Source: an uncultured bacterium (GTDB lineage Bacteria; Oederibacteriota; JAAXVQ01; JAUVAV01). From it: a stretch of DNA of 64,000 nt. This document shows positions 39,375-50,809 of the stretch, piece by piece (the first letter of the stretch is position 1; each line of letters opens with the position of its first letter). Under the pieces are notes generated by a model, which saw only the letters and a list, made by a program, of their open reading frames with translations, was not told where the DNA came from and did no database searches. The DNA is taken from the NCBI GenBank assembly GCA_963710755.1, contig CAVQBK010000003.1, forward strand, positions 928,001 through 992,000. Direction: 5' to 3'. Both the position numbers and the translations under genes were made by a program.

Positions 39375-40162
39375 GTCACTACCACCTTGCCACCGTCTGG
39401 ATCGGGTACCAGGGAAAAACGAACACCCGGTGTTGCCGAGGGTTGTTGCTGTTGATGATAAGCCAGGACCGCATAGCCAATAAGCAGGCCCATGCCGGCG
39501 CCGGCCACCACATCAGCCGGCCAATGCCGTTGGCTGTACATGCGCGCATAACCTACCAGGCCTGCCAAGGGATAGGTGAGCCATTCACAGTGATAGGCAT
39601 CACCGAGAATCACGGCTGCGCAAAAGGCGGTCATGGTATGGCCGGAAGGAAAGCTGTTGTCACTGAATTTGAATGTAAACCATTGCCGTTGGTAGCGGCC
39701 TATGGACGGCCGGGCGGAAGAGGAAATGGTCTTCAGTAAGACCGAGAAAAGCGCCACATTAATCTGGCCCTCCAGGGCCATGGCCGCCACCTGTTGATCA
39801 TAGGCGCTTCCAAATTTATATAAGGCAGCGTATCCGGCTACATGGACCAGGCCGTCGCCCAGCAGGTTGAAGGGCGGAATGGCCTTGTCCAGCCAGTCGT
39901 TGCGGCGGTCTTGGATGGCATAAAACCAATCCACATCGTGTTGCATTGCCCAGGCGGTGGCGCCAATAATGCCTAAGGCAGCACCGTACCCGGCCAGCGA
40001 CCCATGGGCCGGGGAAGTGACAATGTCGCAGGCCTCGCCGGCTGCATTGGCCCAAAGTGAGGGCAAGTCCTGGTCCTGGCCGAAACAAGGAAGGGCCAGG
40101 CCGGCAAGACAGATAAAAGTAAGGGCAAAGCGCAAGCAGTGGCTCATGGGGGTCCTGTTCAT
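39362..40162 (-). CDS. PAP2 family phosphatase
   Basis: KX6RP (KTISSSARP), SFPSGH, RMYSQRHWPAD; start may be 40147. Confidence 0.92.
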   Translation of the reverse strand: MNRTPMSHCLRFALTFICLAGLALPCFGQDQDLPSLWANAAGEACDIVTSPAHGSLAGYGAALGIIGATAWAMQHDVDWFYAIQDRRNDWLDKAIPPFNLLGDGLVHVAGYAALYKFGSAYDQQVAAMALEGQINVALFSVLLKTISSSARPSIGRYQRQWFTFKFSDNSFPSGHTMTAFCAAVILGDAYHCEWLTYPLAGLVGYARMYSQRHWPADVVAGAGMGLLIGYAVLAYHQQQQPSATPGVRFSLVPDPDGGKVVVTWRY

Positions 40163-40427
40163 TCAAGTGCACTGGGGAGGCCGCGGGCATTTATCCTCAT
40201 TGCTGCTGAAGTTGAAAAATGCTATGCTGACCATAATGGCTTCCAAGGAGGTTGAGCAATTAGTTGTTCAGCCTCCCGAGCAATCGAGCAGCGACTATTG
40301 AAAATTAATCCATGCGTTCAAATGCGGGCGATTCTCGATTTTCAATTTTTGACTAAATGTTCAGGCTCTTAGATTACTTGAGTGCTTCAAGGTTGTCAAT
40401 TTTTTGTATACCTGGGAAAACAGAACT

Positions 40428-41189
40428 ATGAAAATTACATTTTTAGGAACAGGCACAAGCCACGGCATTCCGGTTATCGGCTGTCCATGTTCCGTATGCC
40501 AATCCCGTGATGCCAGGGACAGACGGACCCGCGCTTCCTTGTTGGTGGAAGTGGGCCATAAGACCTTACTGGTGGATGCAGGCCCGGAGCTAAGACTGCA
40601 GCTGGTAAGGGAGAGGGTTAATAGGATCGATGCCATGCTGCTGACCCATGATCATGCCGATCATGTGGCTGGTATTGATGACTTGAGAATCTTTTCGGAG
40701 CGCACCCAAAAGCCTTTTCCTATTTATGGGCCTAAGACGGCCTTGCAATCCCTGCGGCGCCGCTTTGATTATGTGTTTCGAAGGACTCAGGCAGGCGGGG
40801 GAAAACCCAAACTCCGATTGATCCCGGTGCGAGAAGCTTTTTTTGTAGAAGGGATACAGGTCATTCCTGTACCGCTCTGGCACGGACGGGTAAGGGTGAT
40901 GGGGTATCGCATCGGGGGGATGGTTTATTTGACCGATGTTTCCGCTATTCCCGAGGCCTCCTATGAACTCCTTGAGCATTGCCGGGTGTTGATCTTAGAT
41001 GCCTTGCGCTACGAACCTCATCCCACCCATTTTAATCTGGACCAAGCCCTGGCCGAAGCCGGCAAAATCAAGGCAATCCAAACCTACTTTACCCATCTCT
41101 GTCATCTGCTGCCCCATCGCCAAACCAACCGTCACCTTCCACCGGGAATGCAACTAGCGTACGATGGACTTAAAATAACATTAAGGTAA
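40428..41189 (+). CDS. PhnP-like MBL-fold metallo-hydrolase
   Basis: FLGTGTSHGIPVIGCPCSVC, THDHADH, HPTHF, LAYDGL. Confidence 0.93.
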   Translation: MKITFLGTGTSHGIPVIGCPCSVCQSRDARDRRTRASLLVEVGHKTLLVDAGPELRLQLVRERVNRIDAMLLTHDHADHVAGIDDLRIFSERTQKPFPIYGPKTALQSLRRRFDYVFRRTQAGGGKPKLRLIPVREAFFVEGIQVIPVPLWHGRVRVMGYRIGGMVYLTDVSAIPEASYELLEHCRVLILDALRYEPHPTHFNLDQALAEAGKIKAIQTYFTHLCHLLPHRQTNRHLPPGMQLAYDGLKITLR

Positions 41190-41288
41190 CGGCACCACCG
41201 TTTACCTGCTTGGCGGCGGGTGTAATCAGGTTGACGTCCTCAGAGACGAGGCCTATAATACGATCATCGCGTAAAGGAGTTGGAAAAT

Positions 41289-41900
41289 ATGCCTTTTTTA
41301 AAAAGGTTCTTCATTTTATTGATCTTTGTGGCGGTGGGCTGCGCACCCCGAGTGCTGGTCCAGCCGGCGGTGGATCTGGAAAGATACAACCGCATCGCTG
41401 TTCTGCCGTTTGAATCGGACAGTTTTCTTTCCACGGTTGGCCATCAACTGGCCGATGAAGTGGTCGTGCAATTATTGAGAAAAGTCCCTACCTTGGATAT
41501 TGTGGAACGTACCCGTATTGATGCCTTGCTACAGGAACAGAATCTGGCCAACCGCGGTTACCTTAGTCCGGAATCAGCCATTGCCGTTGGCAAGATGCTG
41601 GGTGTAAAAGCCATTTTGACCGGCAGCATCTCCCTGTCCGTAGGAGATGTCCGTACCACCCGGGAAAACGAGCAACGGGTGGCCAGTGGCGTGGCCACGG
41701 TACGGTTTATTGATGTGGAAACCGGCAAGGTACTCTGGGCGAGAAGGGAAAAAAGTGATTATACCTTGTTTAAGTCTTTTGGTGACCGTGGCGAGAGTTA
41801 TGCCGTTAAAACCGATCATGAAATGATCCAGGAAATCATCGACGATTTAGCCAAAGAAGTGATCAAACCCTTTTATCCCCACTATGAATATCAATATTAA
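41289..41900 (+). CDS. CsgG/HfaB family lipoprotein
   Basis: Lipobox AVGC, RIAVLPF, IVERTRIDALLQEQ, GKMLGV, IDVETGKVLW. Confidence 0.85.
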   Translation: MPFLKRFFILLIFVAVGCAPRVLVQPAVDLERYNRIAVLPFESDSFLSTVGHQLADEVVVQLLRKVPTLDIVERTRIDALLQEQNLANRGYLSPESAIAVGKMLGVKAILTGSISLSVGDVRTTRENEQRVASGVATVRFIDVETGKVLWARREKSDYTLFKSFGDRGESYAVKTDHEMIQEIIDDLAKEVIKPFYPHYEYQY

Positions 41901-41931
41901 AATACCCCCATTGCATTGCAGGGTATTTTAA
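41897..41931. terminator. possible terminator hairpin
   Basis: TTAAAATACCC...GGGTATTTTAA inverted repeat at the gene end. Confidence 0.45.
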
Positions 41932-42020
41932 TACGAAAGGAAGCAGAGCATTATTTTTATTGTCGCTTCCTCCCCGCATGGATACGGGGAAGAGGCGAGG
42001 ATGCATTAAGAGAGAGAACC

Positions 42021-42596
42021 ATGAAGCTTAGCCCGCAGGATAAACAACAACTTTTGAAATTGGCACGTGAAACCCTGGAGACTTGTCTCCAAGAGGGGCA
42101 GCATGCTTTGCCGTCTTTGCCCGGGGAACTGTCGGAAGCCCTTCTCCAGGCTGATGGCAGCGGAGCATTTGTGACCCTTAATCAGCACCATCGCTTGCGC
42201 GGCTGTATTGGCGTATTGGAAAGCAATTTAACCATGGCGGAAACGGTTCGGCGCATGGCTCTGGCCGCAGCCTTGGACGATCCGCGCTTTCCCCAGGTTC
42301 AGGCTAAAGAACTGCCCCAACTGGTGATTGAAATCTCTGTTTTATCTCCCAAGCGTCCGATTAAGGATATTCGGGAAATTGAACTGGGATCGGACGGCAT
42401 CGTTATCGAAGGCCAGGGCAGACATGGCGTGTTTTTGCCACAAGTGGCCACGGAAAATAATTGGGATCTGGAAACCTTCCTGTGTGAGTGCTGTGCCCAT
42501 AAAGCCGGGCTGCCCCGATGGGCCTGGAAAGAGGGGCGCGCCTCGATCTTCGCTTTTCACGCTGATGTTTTCAAAGAAAAGATAAAAAAAGTTTAG
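42021..42596 (+). CDS. amrA: AMMECR1 domain protein (AmmeMemoRadiSam protein A)
   Basis: GAFVTL, LRGCIG, DPRFP, IEISVLS, GVFLPQVA, KAGL. Confidence 0.92.
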   Translation: MKLSPQDKQQLLKLARETLETCLQEGQHALPSLPGELSEALLQADGSGAFVTLNQHHRLRGCIGVLESNLTMAETVRRMALAAALDDPRFPQVQAKELPQLVIEISVLSPKRPIKDIREIELGSDGIVIEGQGRHGVFLPQVATENNWDLETFLCECCAHKAGLPRWAWKEGRASIFAFHADVFKEKIKKV

Positions 42597-42663
42597 GTCC
42601 CCGGTCATGCAACCGACAATAGCCAAACAGGGTCAAATAATATGGGTGAATTGGAAAATGCTC

Positions 42664-42692
42664 TTGTGAAGGCAGAAGGGTTTAGGTATAAT
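42664..42692 (+). promoter_or_regulatory. sigma70 promoter for DUF151-atp genes
   Basis: TTGTGA-N17-TATAAT. Confidence 0.6.
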
Positions 42693-42718
42693 CCTTCCCG
42701 ATTGAGGAGGAGTAGACA

Positions 42719-43192
42719 ATGGTCGAAATGAAGGTTAAAGGCTTGGCAGTGGATGCCAATTCCAAGATTCCGGTGGTCATTCTGACCGATCCGGAAGAGA
42801 AAAGATATTTGCCCATTTGGATAGGTATCTATGAAGCAGATGCTATTTTAATCGCTCTGGAAAAAATCAATGTGCCCCGGCCGATGACTCATGATCTGAT
42901 GAAATCCATCCTGGAGTCGCTCAATGTCACCATTGAACGTATTCTTATTCATAACATTGAGAACAACACTTTTTACGCACGCATCACGCTGGCACGGGAC
43001 AGAGAAGAGTGGGAGATAGATGCCAGACCGTCCGATGCCATTGCCTTGGGCCTTAGGACCGAGTGTCCCATTTATGTTTCGGAAAAAGTGATTGTGGAAG
43101 CGAGTATTACGGACAAGTCCAAATATGAAAAAGAAAAGATTGAATTCAAGAAATTCTTTCAAGACTTGAAACCTGCGGATTTTAACCGCTAA
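42719..43192 (+). CDS. bifunctional nuclease family protein (DUF151)
   Basis: LPIWIG, PRPMTHDL, DARPSDAIAL. Confidence 0.95.
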   Translation: MVEMKVKGLAVDANSKIPVVILTDPEEKRYLPIWIGIYEADAILIALEKINVPRPMTHDLMKSILESLNVTIERILIHNIENNTFYARITLARDREEWEIDARPSDAIALGLRTECPIYVSEKVIVEASITDKSKYEKEKIEFKKFFQDLKPADFNR

Positions 43193-43198
43193 AAGCGT

Positions 43199-43429
43199 AT
43201 GATGGACAATAAAAATAATTGGATTCAACAGGTGGGCGCAGCCAGTACAGTGGGCTTGACCATCGTAGCTAGTATTGTGATCGGAACGGGAATGGGCCTG
43301 TTATTGGATCGATGGCTGGGGACAGCGCCGTGGCTTTTGTTTGTTTTTATGATCCTAGGTATTATCGCCGGCTTTTATAATGTTGCCAAAGTATTAAAAT
43401 CCATCCGGAATCGCAGGTCGCGGCCATGA
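43199..43429 (+). CDS. AtpZ/AtpI family protein
   Basis: Two TMs, GLLLDRWLGTAPW, GIIAGF; start of the atp operon. Confidence 0.9.
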   Translation: MMDNKNNWIQQVGAASTVGLTIVASIVIGTGMGLLLDRWLGTAPWLLFVFMILGIIAGFYNVAKVLKSIRNRRSRP

Positions 43430-43776
43430 GTGTTTCAAAAGTACATTTATTAATAGTATTCGGCGTGTTTTTACCAGTGTTGTTTTTAGTCTCGGGGATG
43501 GGGCCCTGGGCAGTAGGATGCATGATTGGTGAAGGTTTGGGACTAATCAGTTTTATTTGGATCGGCCATACAGTGCGACGTCTTTTGGCCCAAAAAAACT
43601 CAAATCCCGCCCGTCACTTAATCATGAACAGCTTGGGGCGGTACGTGATGATGGGCGCAGCCATCCTCTTCTCCCTGCAATGGCCGGGAGGCAATGTTTG
43701 GGGATTGGTACTTGGTTATTCTGTTGTGCAATTGCCAGCCGCTGTGCTCAAAGGTCTTGCCCCTACCAATTCATAG
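43426..43776 (+). CDS. atpI: ATP synthase subunit I
   Basis: Four-TM protein immediately before atpB. Confidence 0.75.
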   Translation: MSVSKVHLLIVFGVFLPVLFLVSGMGPWAVGCMIGEGLGLISFIWIGHTVRRLLAQKNSNPARHLIMNSLGRYVMMGAAILFSLQWPGGNVWGLVLGYSVVQLPAAVLKGLAPTNS

Positions 43777-43794
43777 CCACATCGAGGAATTTCC

Positions 43795-44517
43795 ATGAGT
43801 GCCATTCCTGAATCCATTGAGTTTCATACCCCCTTTGATCCCAGCCTGCTTATGACCGGGTTGGCCGTGGTGGTCATTGTTCTGTTTTCCTGGGCAGCCA
43901 CTAAAAAAATGCAGATGGTACCCAAGGGTTCCCAGAATGTCCTGGAAATGATCCTGAATTTTATTTATGACTTTGCGGACGATATGGTCGGTCCTACAGC
44001 GCCTAAATATTATCCTCTGTTTTCCATGCTCTTTTTTTTCATTTTATTATGCAATCTTATGGGGCTCGTTCCGGGCCTGTTTTCCAGTACCAGCAAACTT
44101 TCAGTTACAGTCGGATTGGCGCTAGTCGTCTTTTTTTCCACCCATTATTTCGGCATTAAAGAAAGAGGATTGGTGGCTTATATCAAGCATTGGTTCGGTC
44201 CGGTGCCGGTATGGCTCAAACCGTTCATGTTTTTTATTGAAATTATCGGTGAGTTAGCCAGGCCTCTGTCTTTATCTTTTCGTTTGTTCGGGAACATCCT
44301 GGCCAAAGAAATTTTATTGGGTGTGCTGGCGTTGTTGGTGGTGATTTTTTTACCGGCACCCAATATTATTAAAAATATCCTTACCATCGTGCCGGTTATT
44401 CTCAGACCATTAATTATTATGTTGGGCATTTTGGTGAGCATCATTCAAGCTTTCGTATTCATGATACTGGCCATGGTTTATATCGGGGGCGCTGTGCAAT
44501 CCCACGAAGGACATTAA
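43795..44517 (+). CDS. atpB: ATP synthase Fo subunit a
   Basis: NLMGLVP, RPLSLSFRLFGNI, IQAFVF. Confidence 0.97.
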   Translation: MSAIPESIEFHTPFDPSLLMTGLAVVVIVLFSWAATKKMQMVPKGSQNVLEMILNFIYDFADDMVGPTAPKYYPLFSMLFFFILLCNLMGLVPGLFSSTSKLSVTVGLALVVFFSTHYFGIKERGLVAYIKHWFGPVPVWLKPFMFFIEIIGELARPLSLSFRLFGNILAKEILLGVLALLVVIFLPAPNIIKNILTIVPVILRPLIIMLGILVSIIQAFVFMILAMVYIGGAVQSHEGH

Positions 44518-44636
44518 AAAAATACCGCGACGTTGTCTGGCCGGGCTGATGAAGGGCATTGAACACCATGAACTTTATCCCCACAGGAGCTGCGGAGTAT
44601 TCGCGTTAGCGGAATAAAACGAGGAGGACGAAGATC

Positions 44637-45020
44637 GTGAAAAAGTGGATGTTAACAATGGTCAATGTGGTTTTAACCCTGTTGGTGACCGCCGGTTTGG
44701 CAATGGCTGAAGAAGCCGCCAAAGGCGCCGAAGCCGCAACCCAGGCTGCCGGTGGATCGGGCGGGACCCTGTTTTTTGCAGCTTGCGCCATTGGTGCGGC
44801 GGTAGGCTTGGGCCTGGCGGCCGCTGGCGGCGGGTTTGGTCAGGGCATCGCGGTTGGTAAGGCAGTGGAAGGCATTGCCCGGCAACCGGAAGCCAGCGGG
44901 ACTATCCAAACGGCCATGATTATCGGTATTTCCTTTATTGAATCATTGACCATTTATGCCTTGGTCGTAGCCTTGATTCTGTTGTTTGCCAATCCCTTCC
45001 TTAAGTTTTTTGTCCAATAA
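44637..45020 (+). CDS. atpE: ATP synthase Fo subunit c with N-terminal signal-like extension
   Basis: [23 protein letters not shown]; GTG start with GAGGAGGA RBS. Confidence 0.96.
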   Translation: MKKWMLTMVNVVLTLLVTAGLAMAEEAAKGAEAATQAAGGSGGTLFFAACAIGAAVGLGLAAAGGGFGQGIAVGKAVEGIARQPEASGTIQTAMIIGISFIESLTIYALVVALILLFANPFLKFFVQ

Positions 45021-45037
45021 GGCGGATGTGAGCAATC

Positions 45038-45529
45038 ATGATAGAAATTAACTGGTCTCTACTTTTAATTCAAGTGGCTACCTTTCTGGCAGCCATGATC
45101 GTGGTATGGAAATTTTCCTGGGGTCCTTTGACTAGGATGATGCAGGACCGTACCCATAAAATCCAGGATGATATTGACCGGGCCACTAAAGGCCGCCATG
45201 AGGTGGAGGTTTTGGAAGGGGAATACCACCGTCAGCTGGCGGACATAGAGGATAAAGCCAGGAAGACCATTAATGAGGCCATACAAAAAGGACATCAGGA
45301 ACGCGAATTAATTCTGCAGGAAGCCCAGGAAGAAGCCAAACGGTTACTGGAGAAAAATCACGAGATGTTGCAGCAGGAGCGTCAGCAAGTTATCAAGGAA
45401 CTGCGAACCGAGGTCTCATCCATTGCCATTAAAGCCATAGAGCAATTGCTCCAGGAAAAAAATAAGGATGAGCTTCAGGATCGGCTGGTTGACGATTTCA
45501 TCAATGATCTGGACAAGGTTGAGAAATAA
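45038..45529 (+). CDS. atpF: ATP synthase Fo subunit b
   Basis: N-terminal TM, WGPL..R, long charged helix. Confidence 0.94.
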   Translation: MIEINWSLLLIQVATFLAAMIVVWKFSWGPLTRMMQDRTHKIQDDIDRATKGRHEVEVLEGEYHRQLADIEDKARKTINEAIQKGHQERELILQEAQEEAKRLLEKNHEMLQQERQQVIKELRTEVSSIAIKAIEQLLQEKNKDELQDRLVDDFINDLDKVEK

Positions 45530-45531
45530 TT

Positions 45532-46074
45532 ATGAGTACTGAATATTTGGCCGCCAGCAAGTATGCCAAAGCGCTCTTTGCGTTGGCGCTGACCGCAAAG
45601 CAAGAACAAAAAGTGGCTCAGGAATTGGAGTTGCTCACCAGGTCTTTTGGACAGGGCGAGGGCATGGCCTTGCTGGTTCATCCCCTACTGGCCCGAGAAA
45701 ATAAAAAAGACCTATTGAAAAAAATACTGGCCAAGGACATTGGCGCCCTGACCATGAAGCTGCTCGATCTGCTGGTGGATAAGCAACGAGGGGCACTATT
45801 GCCCATGATTGAACAGTGCTACCGCGAACAGATTGAAGCCCATCAGGCAGCAGCCAGGGCTGAGGTTAGAACCGCCCAACCCTTGACACCAAATCAGCTG
45901 GAAAGCCTGCAACGCCGTTTAGAAGCTTATACGGGCAAAAAGATTACCCTACAAGTTGAAGTGGAAGAACAACTGCAGGCCGGTGCGAAAATAATATTGG
46001 GCGACTTGGTTTTTGACGGCACTTTGACAGGCCGTTTGGAACGGTTGAAAAAAACCATGCTCGCAAACAATTAA
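45532..46074 (+). CDS. atpH: ATP synthase F1 delta subunit
   Basis: ASKYAKALF, GDLVFDGT; operon position. Confidence 0.94.
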   Translation: MSTEYLAASKYAKALFALALTAKQEQKVAQELELLTRSFGQGEGMALLVHPLLARENKKDLLKKILAKDIGALTMKLLDLLVDKQRGALLPMIEQCYREQIEAHQAAARAEVRTAQPLTPNQLESLQRRLEAYTGKKITLQVEVEEQLQAGAKIILGDLVFDGTLTGRLERLKKTMLANN

Positions 46075-46192
46075 AGCCGGATAAGGTTTGTTTTTTTGCA
46101 TCGCGCCGAATGTACTGCCAGTGGGCCCCGAACCATGATGGAAAGCCAGCTCGTCGTGTCAGAAGCAACGTTTTTAACGAAAGGATTCATTC

Positions 46193-47710
46193 ATGAAGAT
46201 ATCACCTGAAGAAGTCACCGAGGTCATCAAACAACAACTTGAAGGCTTTGAGAGTCAGGCTACCCGCGAGGAAGTTGGTACAGTCCTGCAGGTCAGCGAC
46301 GGCATCGCCCGTATCTGGGGTTTGGCCGGAGCCATGTCCATGGAGCTGCTGGAATTTCCTCATGATGTTTACGGCATGGTACTCAATTTGGAGGATGATA
46401 ATGTGGGCTGCGTCATGCTCGGTGACTATACACTGATCAAAGAAGGCGACAAAGTTAAGCGCACCCGCAGAATTATGCAAGTGCCCGCGGGTTATGGGCT
46501 GCTGGGACGGGTGGTCAATCCCTTGGGTCAGCCTCTGGATGGCAAGGGCGAAATCAAAGCCGAGTCTTTCCAAGCTGTGGAGCGTATTGCCCATGGCGTG
46601 GTGGAACGGCAGGGGGTGAAAGCGCCCCTGCAAACCGGGATCAAGGCCATTGATGCTATGATTCCCATTGGCCGGGGCCAGCGGGAACTGATTATTGGCG
46701 ACCGTCAAACCGGAAAAACGGCTGTGGCCGTGGACACCATCATTAACCAAAAACACACGGATGTTTATTGCGTTTACGTGGCCATAGGACAAAAACAATC
46801 CACCGTGGCGCAAGTGGTCAAAACCCTGGAGGACAACGGGGTTATGGATAAAACCATCGTGGTGGTGGCCGGGGCCAGCGATCCGGCACCGCTGCTGTAT
46901 TTGGCGCCCTATGCCGGTTGTGCCATGGCGGAAGCGTTCCTGATGAATGGCAAACATGCATTGATTGTCTACGACGATTTGTCCAAACATGCCGTGGCCT
47001 ACCGCCAGATGTCTTTGTTATTGCGTCGGCCGCCGGGGCGCGAAGCTTATCCTGGGGACGTCTTTTATCTGCATTCGCGTTTGCTGGAGCGGGCCTCCAA
47101 ATTAAGTGATGATTTGGGCGGCGGCTCCTTGACGGCACTGCCGATTATCGAGACCCAGGCCGGCGACATTTCGGCCTATATTCCCACCAATGTGATTTCC
47201 ATTACGGACGGGCAAATCTTTCTGGAGACCAATCTGTTTCATGCCGGCCAGCGGCCGGCGGTCAATGTGGGTCTATCTGTCTCGCGCGTAGGCGGCAGTG
47301 CTCAGATCAAAGCCATGAAACAGATTGCCGGCCGGTTGCGCATGGATATGTCCCAGTACCGGGAACTAGCGGCGTTTGCGCAATTCGGATCTGATTTGGA
47401 CAAAGCCACGCAGGCTCAGTTGGCGCGGGGAGAACGAATGATGCAGTTACTTCGGCAACAGCAATACGCGCCCATGCTGGTGGAAGATCAGGTGGCCATG
47501 CTATTCGCAGGCACCACCGGCGCCCTGGATACGATCCCGGTCAATGCAGTGCTACAGTTTGAAAAGGAATTTCTCCATTTTCTTAAGGATGTTCATCCCA
47601 CTCTGCTCAAGGCCATTAAACAAAAAGGCGAGATGGATACGGGTATGAATGAAGAGCTTACCAGTGCCATCGAGGAATTTAAAAAACAGTTTAAACCTTT
47701 GGGAGTCTAA
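46193..47710 (+). CDS. atpA: ATP synthase F1 alpha subunit
   Basis: [29 protein letters not shown]. Confidence 0.99.
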   Translation: MKISPEEVTEVIKQQLEGFESQATREEVGTVLQVSDGIARIWGLAGAMSMELLEFPHDVYGMVLNLEDDNVGCVMLGDYTLIKEGDKVKRTRRIMQVPAGYGLLGRVVNPLGQPLDGKGEIKAESFQAVERIAHGVVERQGVKAPLQTGIKAIDAMIPIGRGQRELIIGDRQTGKTAVAVDTIINQKHTDVYCVYVAIGQKQSTVAQVVKTLEDNGVMDKTIVVVAGASDPAPLLYLAPYAGCAMAEAFLMNGKHALIVYDDLSKHAVAYRQMSLLLRRPPGREAYPGDVFYLHSRLLERASKLSDDLGGGSLTALPIIETQAGDISAYIPTNVISITDGQIFLETNLFHAGQRPAVNVGLSVSRVGGSAQIKAMKQIAGRLRMDMSQYRELAAFAQFGSDLDKATQAQLARGERMMQLLRQQQYAPMLVEDQVAMLFAGTTGALDTIPVNAVLQFEKEFLHFLKDVHPTLLKAIKQKGEMDTGMNEELTSAIEEFKKQFKPLGV

Positions 47711-47712
47711 GC

Positions 47713-48579
47713 GTGGCCAGTTTGCGTCAATTACGAACCCGCATCAGCAGCGTCAAAAATATCCAACAGATTACCAGGGCCATGAAAATGGTGGCCTCGG
47801 CGCGACTGCGCGTAGCGCAAAGTCAATTAATGGAGGCCAGACCATATGCCCTGAAAATGAACGAGATGATCAGTCAGGTGGCCGCGCGGACTAAAGACCG
47901 TTTTCATCCTCTCCTGGGCACGCCCCAGGGGCCACGGGAAGCCAGGCTGGTGCTAACCTCGGACAAAGGCATGTGTGGAGGGTTTAATATTCAGCCCTTG
48001 CAGGTCGCCACAGGAAAACTGATCCACTCCAGTTTAGCAGAGGCCATCGATTTTTTATGTTGCGGCCGCAAGGGCTTGGACTTCTTCAGAAGGTCCGGCA
48101 TTGCCTTGGCCAAGCAATGGGCGGGGTTTTGGCAAGATCTTAATTGGTACCATGCCGACAGCATTGCCCAGGACATCATGGAAGAGTATATCAAGGGCCG
48201 TTGGTCCAAAGTCACTATTGTTTTTAATCGCTTTAAATCGGCGATTGCCCAAGAAACCGTGGAGCGGGTACTATTGCCGCTTCCGGACCAAATGGTTTCT
48301 GACAGCGAAAATAAACTAAGTGAATACTATTTCGAACCGGATTTGGAAAAAATTTTCGAGCATCTGCTGCCCCGGTATATCAAAGTGAGCATCTGGCATT
48401 TTCTTTTGGAATCCAAGGCAGCCGAACAAGCGGCCCGCATGCAGGCCATGGAAAATGCTACTGAGAGCGCCGGTGAAATGATTGAGGATATGGTATTACA
48501 ATTGAACCGGGCCCGTCAGGCTGCCATTACCAGTGAAATTTCGGAATTGGTGGGCAGCGCTGAAGCTATTAATAGCTAG
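47713..48579 (+). CDS. atpG: ATP synthase F1 gamma subunit
   Basis: ITRAMKMV, DKGMCGGFN, RARQAAITSEI. Confidence 0.98.
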   Translation: MASLRQLRTRISSVKNIQQITRAMKMVASARLRVAQSQLMEARPYALKMNEMISQVAARTKDRFHPLLGTPQGPREARLVLTSDKGMCGGFNIQPLQVATGKLIHSSLAEAIDFLCCGRKGLDFFRRSGIALAKQWAGFWQDLNWYHADSIAQDIMEEYIKGRWSKVTIVFNRFKSAIAQETVERVLLPLPDQMVSDSENKLSEYYFEPDLEKIFEHLLPRYIKVSIWHFLLESKAAEQAARMQAMENATESAGEMIEDMVLQLNRARQAAITSEISELVGSAEAINS

Positions 48580-48840
48580 AGCTATTGAAAGCAGATGGTT
48601 TCTGGAAAACCATTGTTTATTCTGGGCCTGTGTGTAGGGACAGGGCAGGTCGGGCCCTTGCAAAAACCCTTTTATTTTAAGACGTTCGGTTTATATGAAG
48701 TAAGCAACACGTATCTACAACTAAAAATAATTTATTTCGTAACAAGAACCAGATAATCGGGGCGAAAAAATTCGTCCAATAACAAGATGATGAAACGGTC
48801 AACAATTATTCAGGACATACAGTGTATGCAGGAGGAATAG

Positions 48841-50253
<1,413 letters not shown>

Positions 50254-50300
50254 CCCAGCCGGGCGTGGCACGCCCCTGATATGGGCAAGAAAGAGGAACG

Positions 50301-50735
50301 ATGTCGAATAAAACCCTTGAATTGGAAGTAGTCACTCCGGAAAAACTGGTGCTGCGTCAAAACGCCCGGGCCGTGGTGCTGCCCGGCACTGAGGGCAGTT
50401 TTGGCGTTTTACCCGGACATCTGGCCATGGTAACCAGTTTGAAGCCGGGCATGCTTAAAGTGGAAGAGCAAGATGGCGATACTATATATGCCATTGGCGG
50501 CGGCTATGCCGAGATCGCTAATAATAAAGTGGTGGTTCTGGCCGATACCGCTGAATTGGCGGAGGATATTGACATTGAAGCAGCCAAAAAAGAACGGGCT
50601 CGGGCTGTGGCTCAATTAAAATCAGGCATTCACGGCGCGGAATTGGATCAGGTGGAAATATCACTGAAAAAAGCCCTGGCGCGGTTAAGTGTAGCCGATG
50701 TGGTGCGCCGCCGGCAAATGATGAAGAAAAAATGA
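50301..50735 (+). CDS. atpC: ATP synthase F1 epsilon subunit
   Basis: LEVVTPE, GSFGVLPGH, GGYAEI, VLADTAE. Confidence 0.97.
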   Translation: MSNKTLELEVVTPEKLVLRQNARAVVLPGTEGSFGVLPGHLAMVTSLKPGMLKVEEQDGDTIYAIGGGYAEIANNKVVVLADTAELAEDIDIEAAKKERARAVAQLKSGIHGAELDQVEISLKKALARLSVADVVRRRQMMKKK

Positions 50736-50809
50736 TTACCTTTTTAATTTCGGACAGCGTATGCTATGCTTGAAGGCATTGGAGAATATGTTGCGAAAGG
50801 GGTGGTTTT

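Noticed and set aside
41289-41900. Curli secretion system
   Set aside because: Only a CsgG-fold lipoprotein; no csgA/B/E/F.
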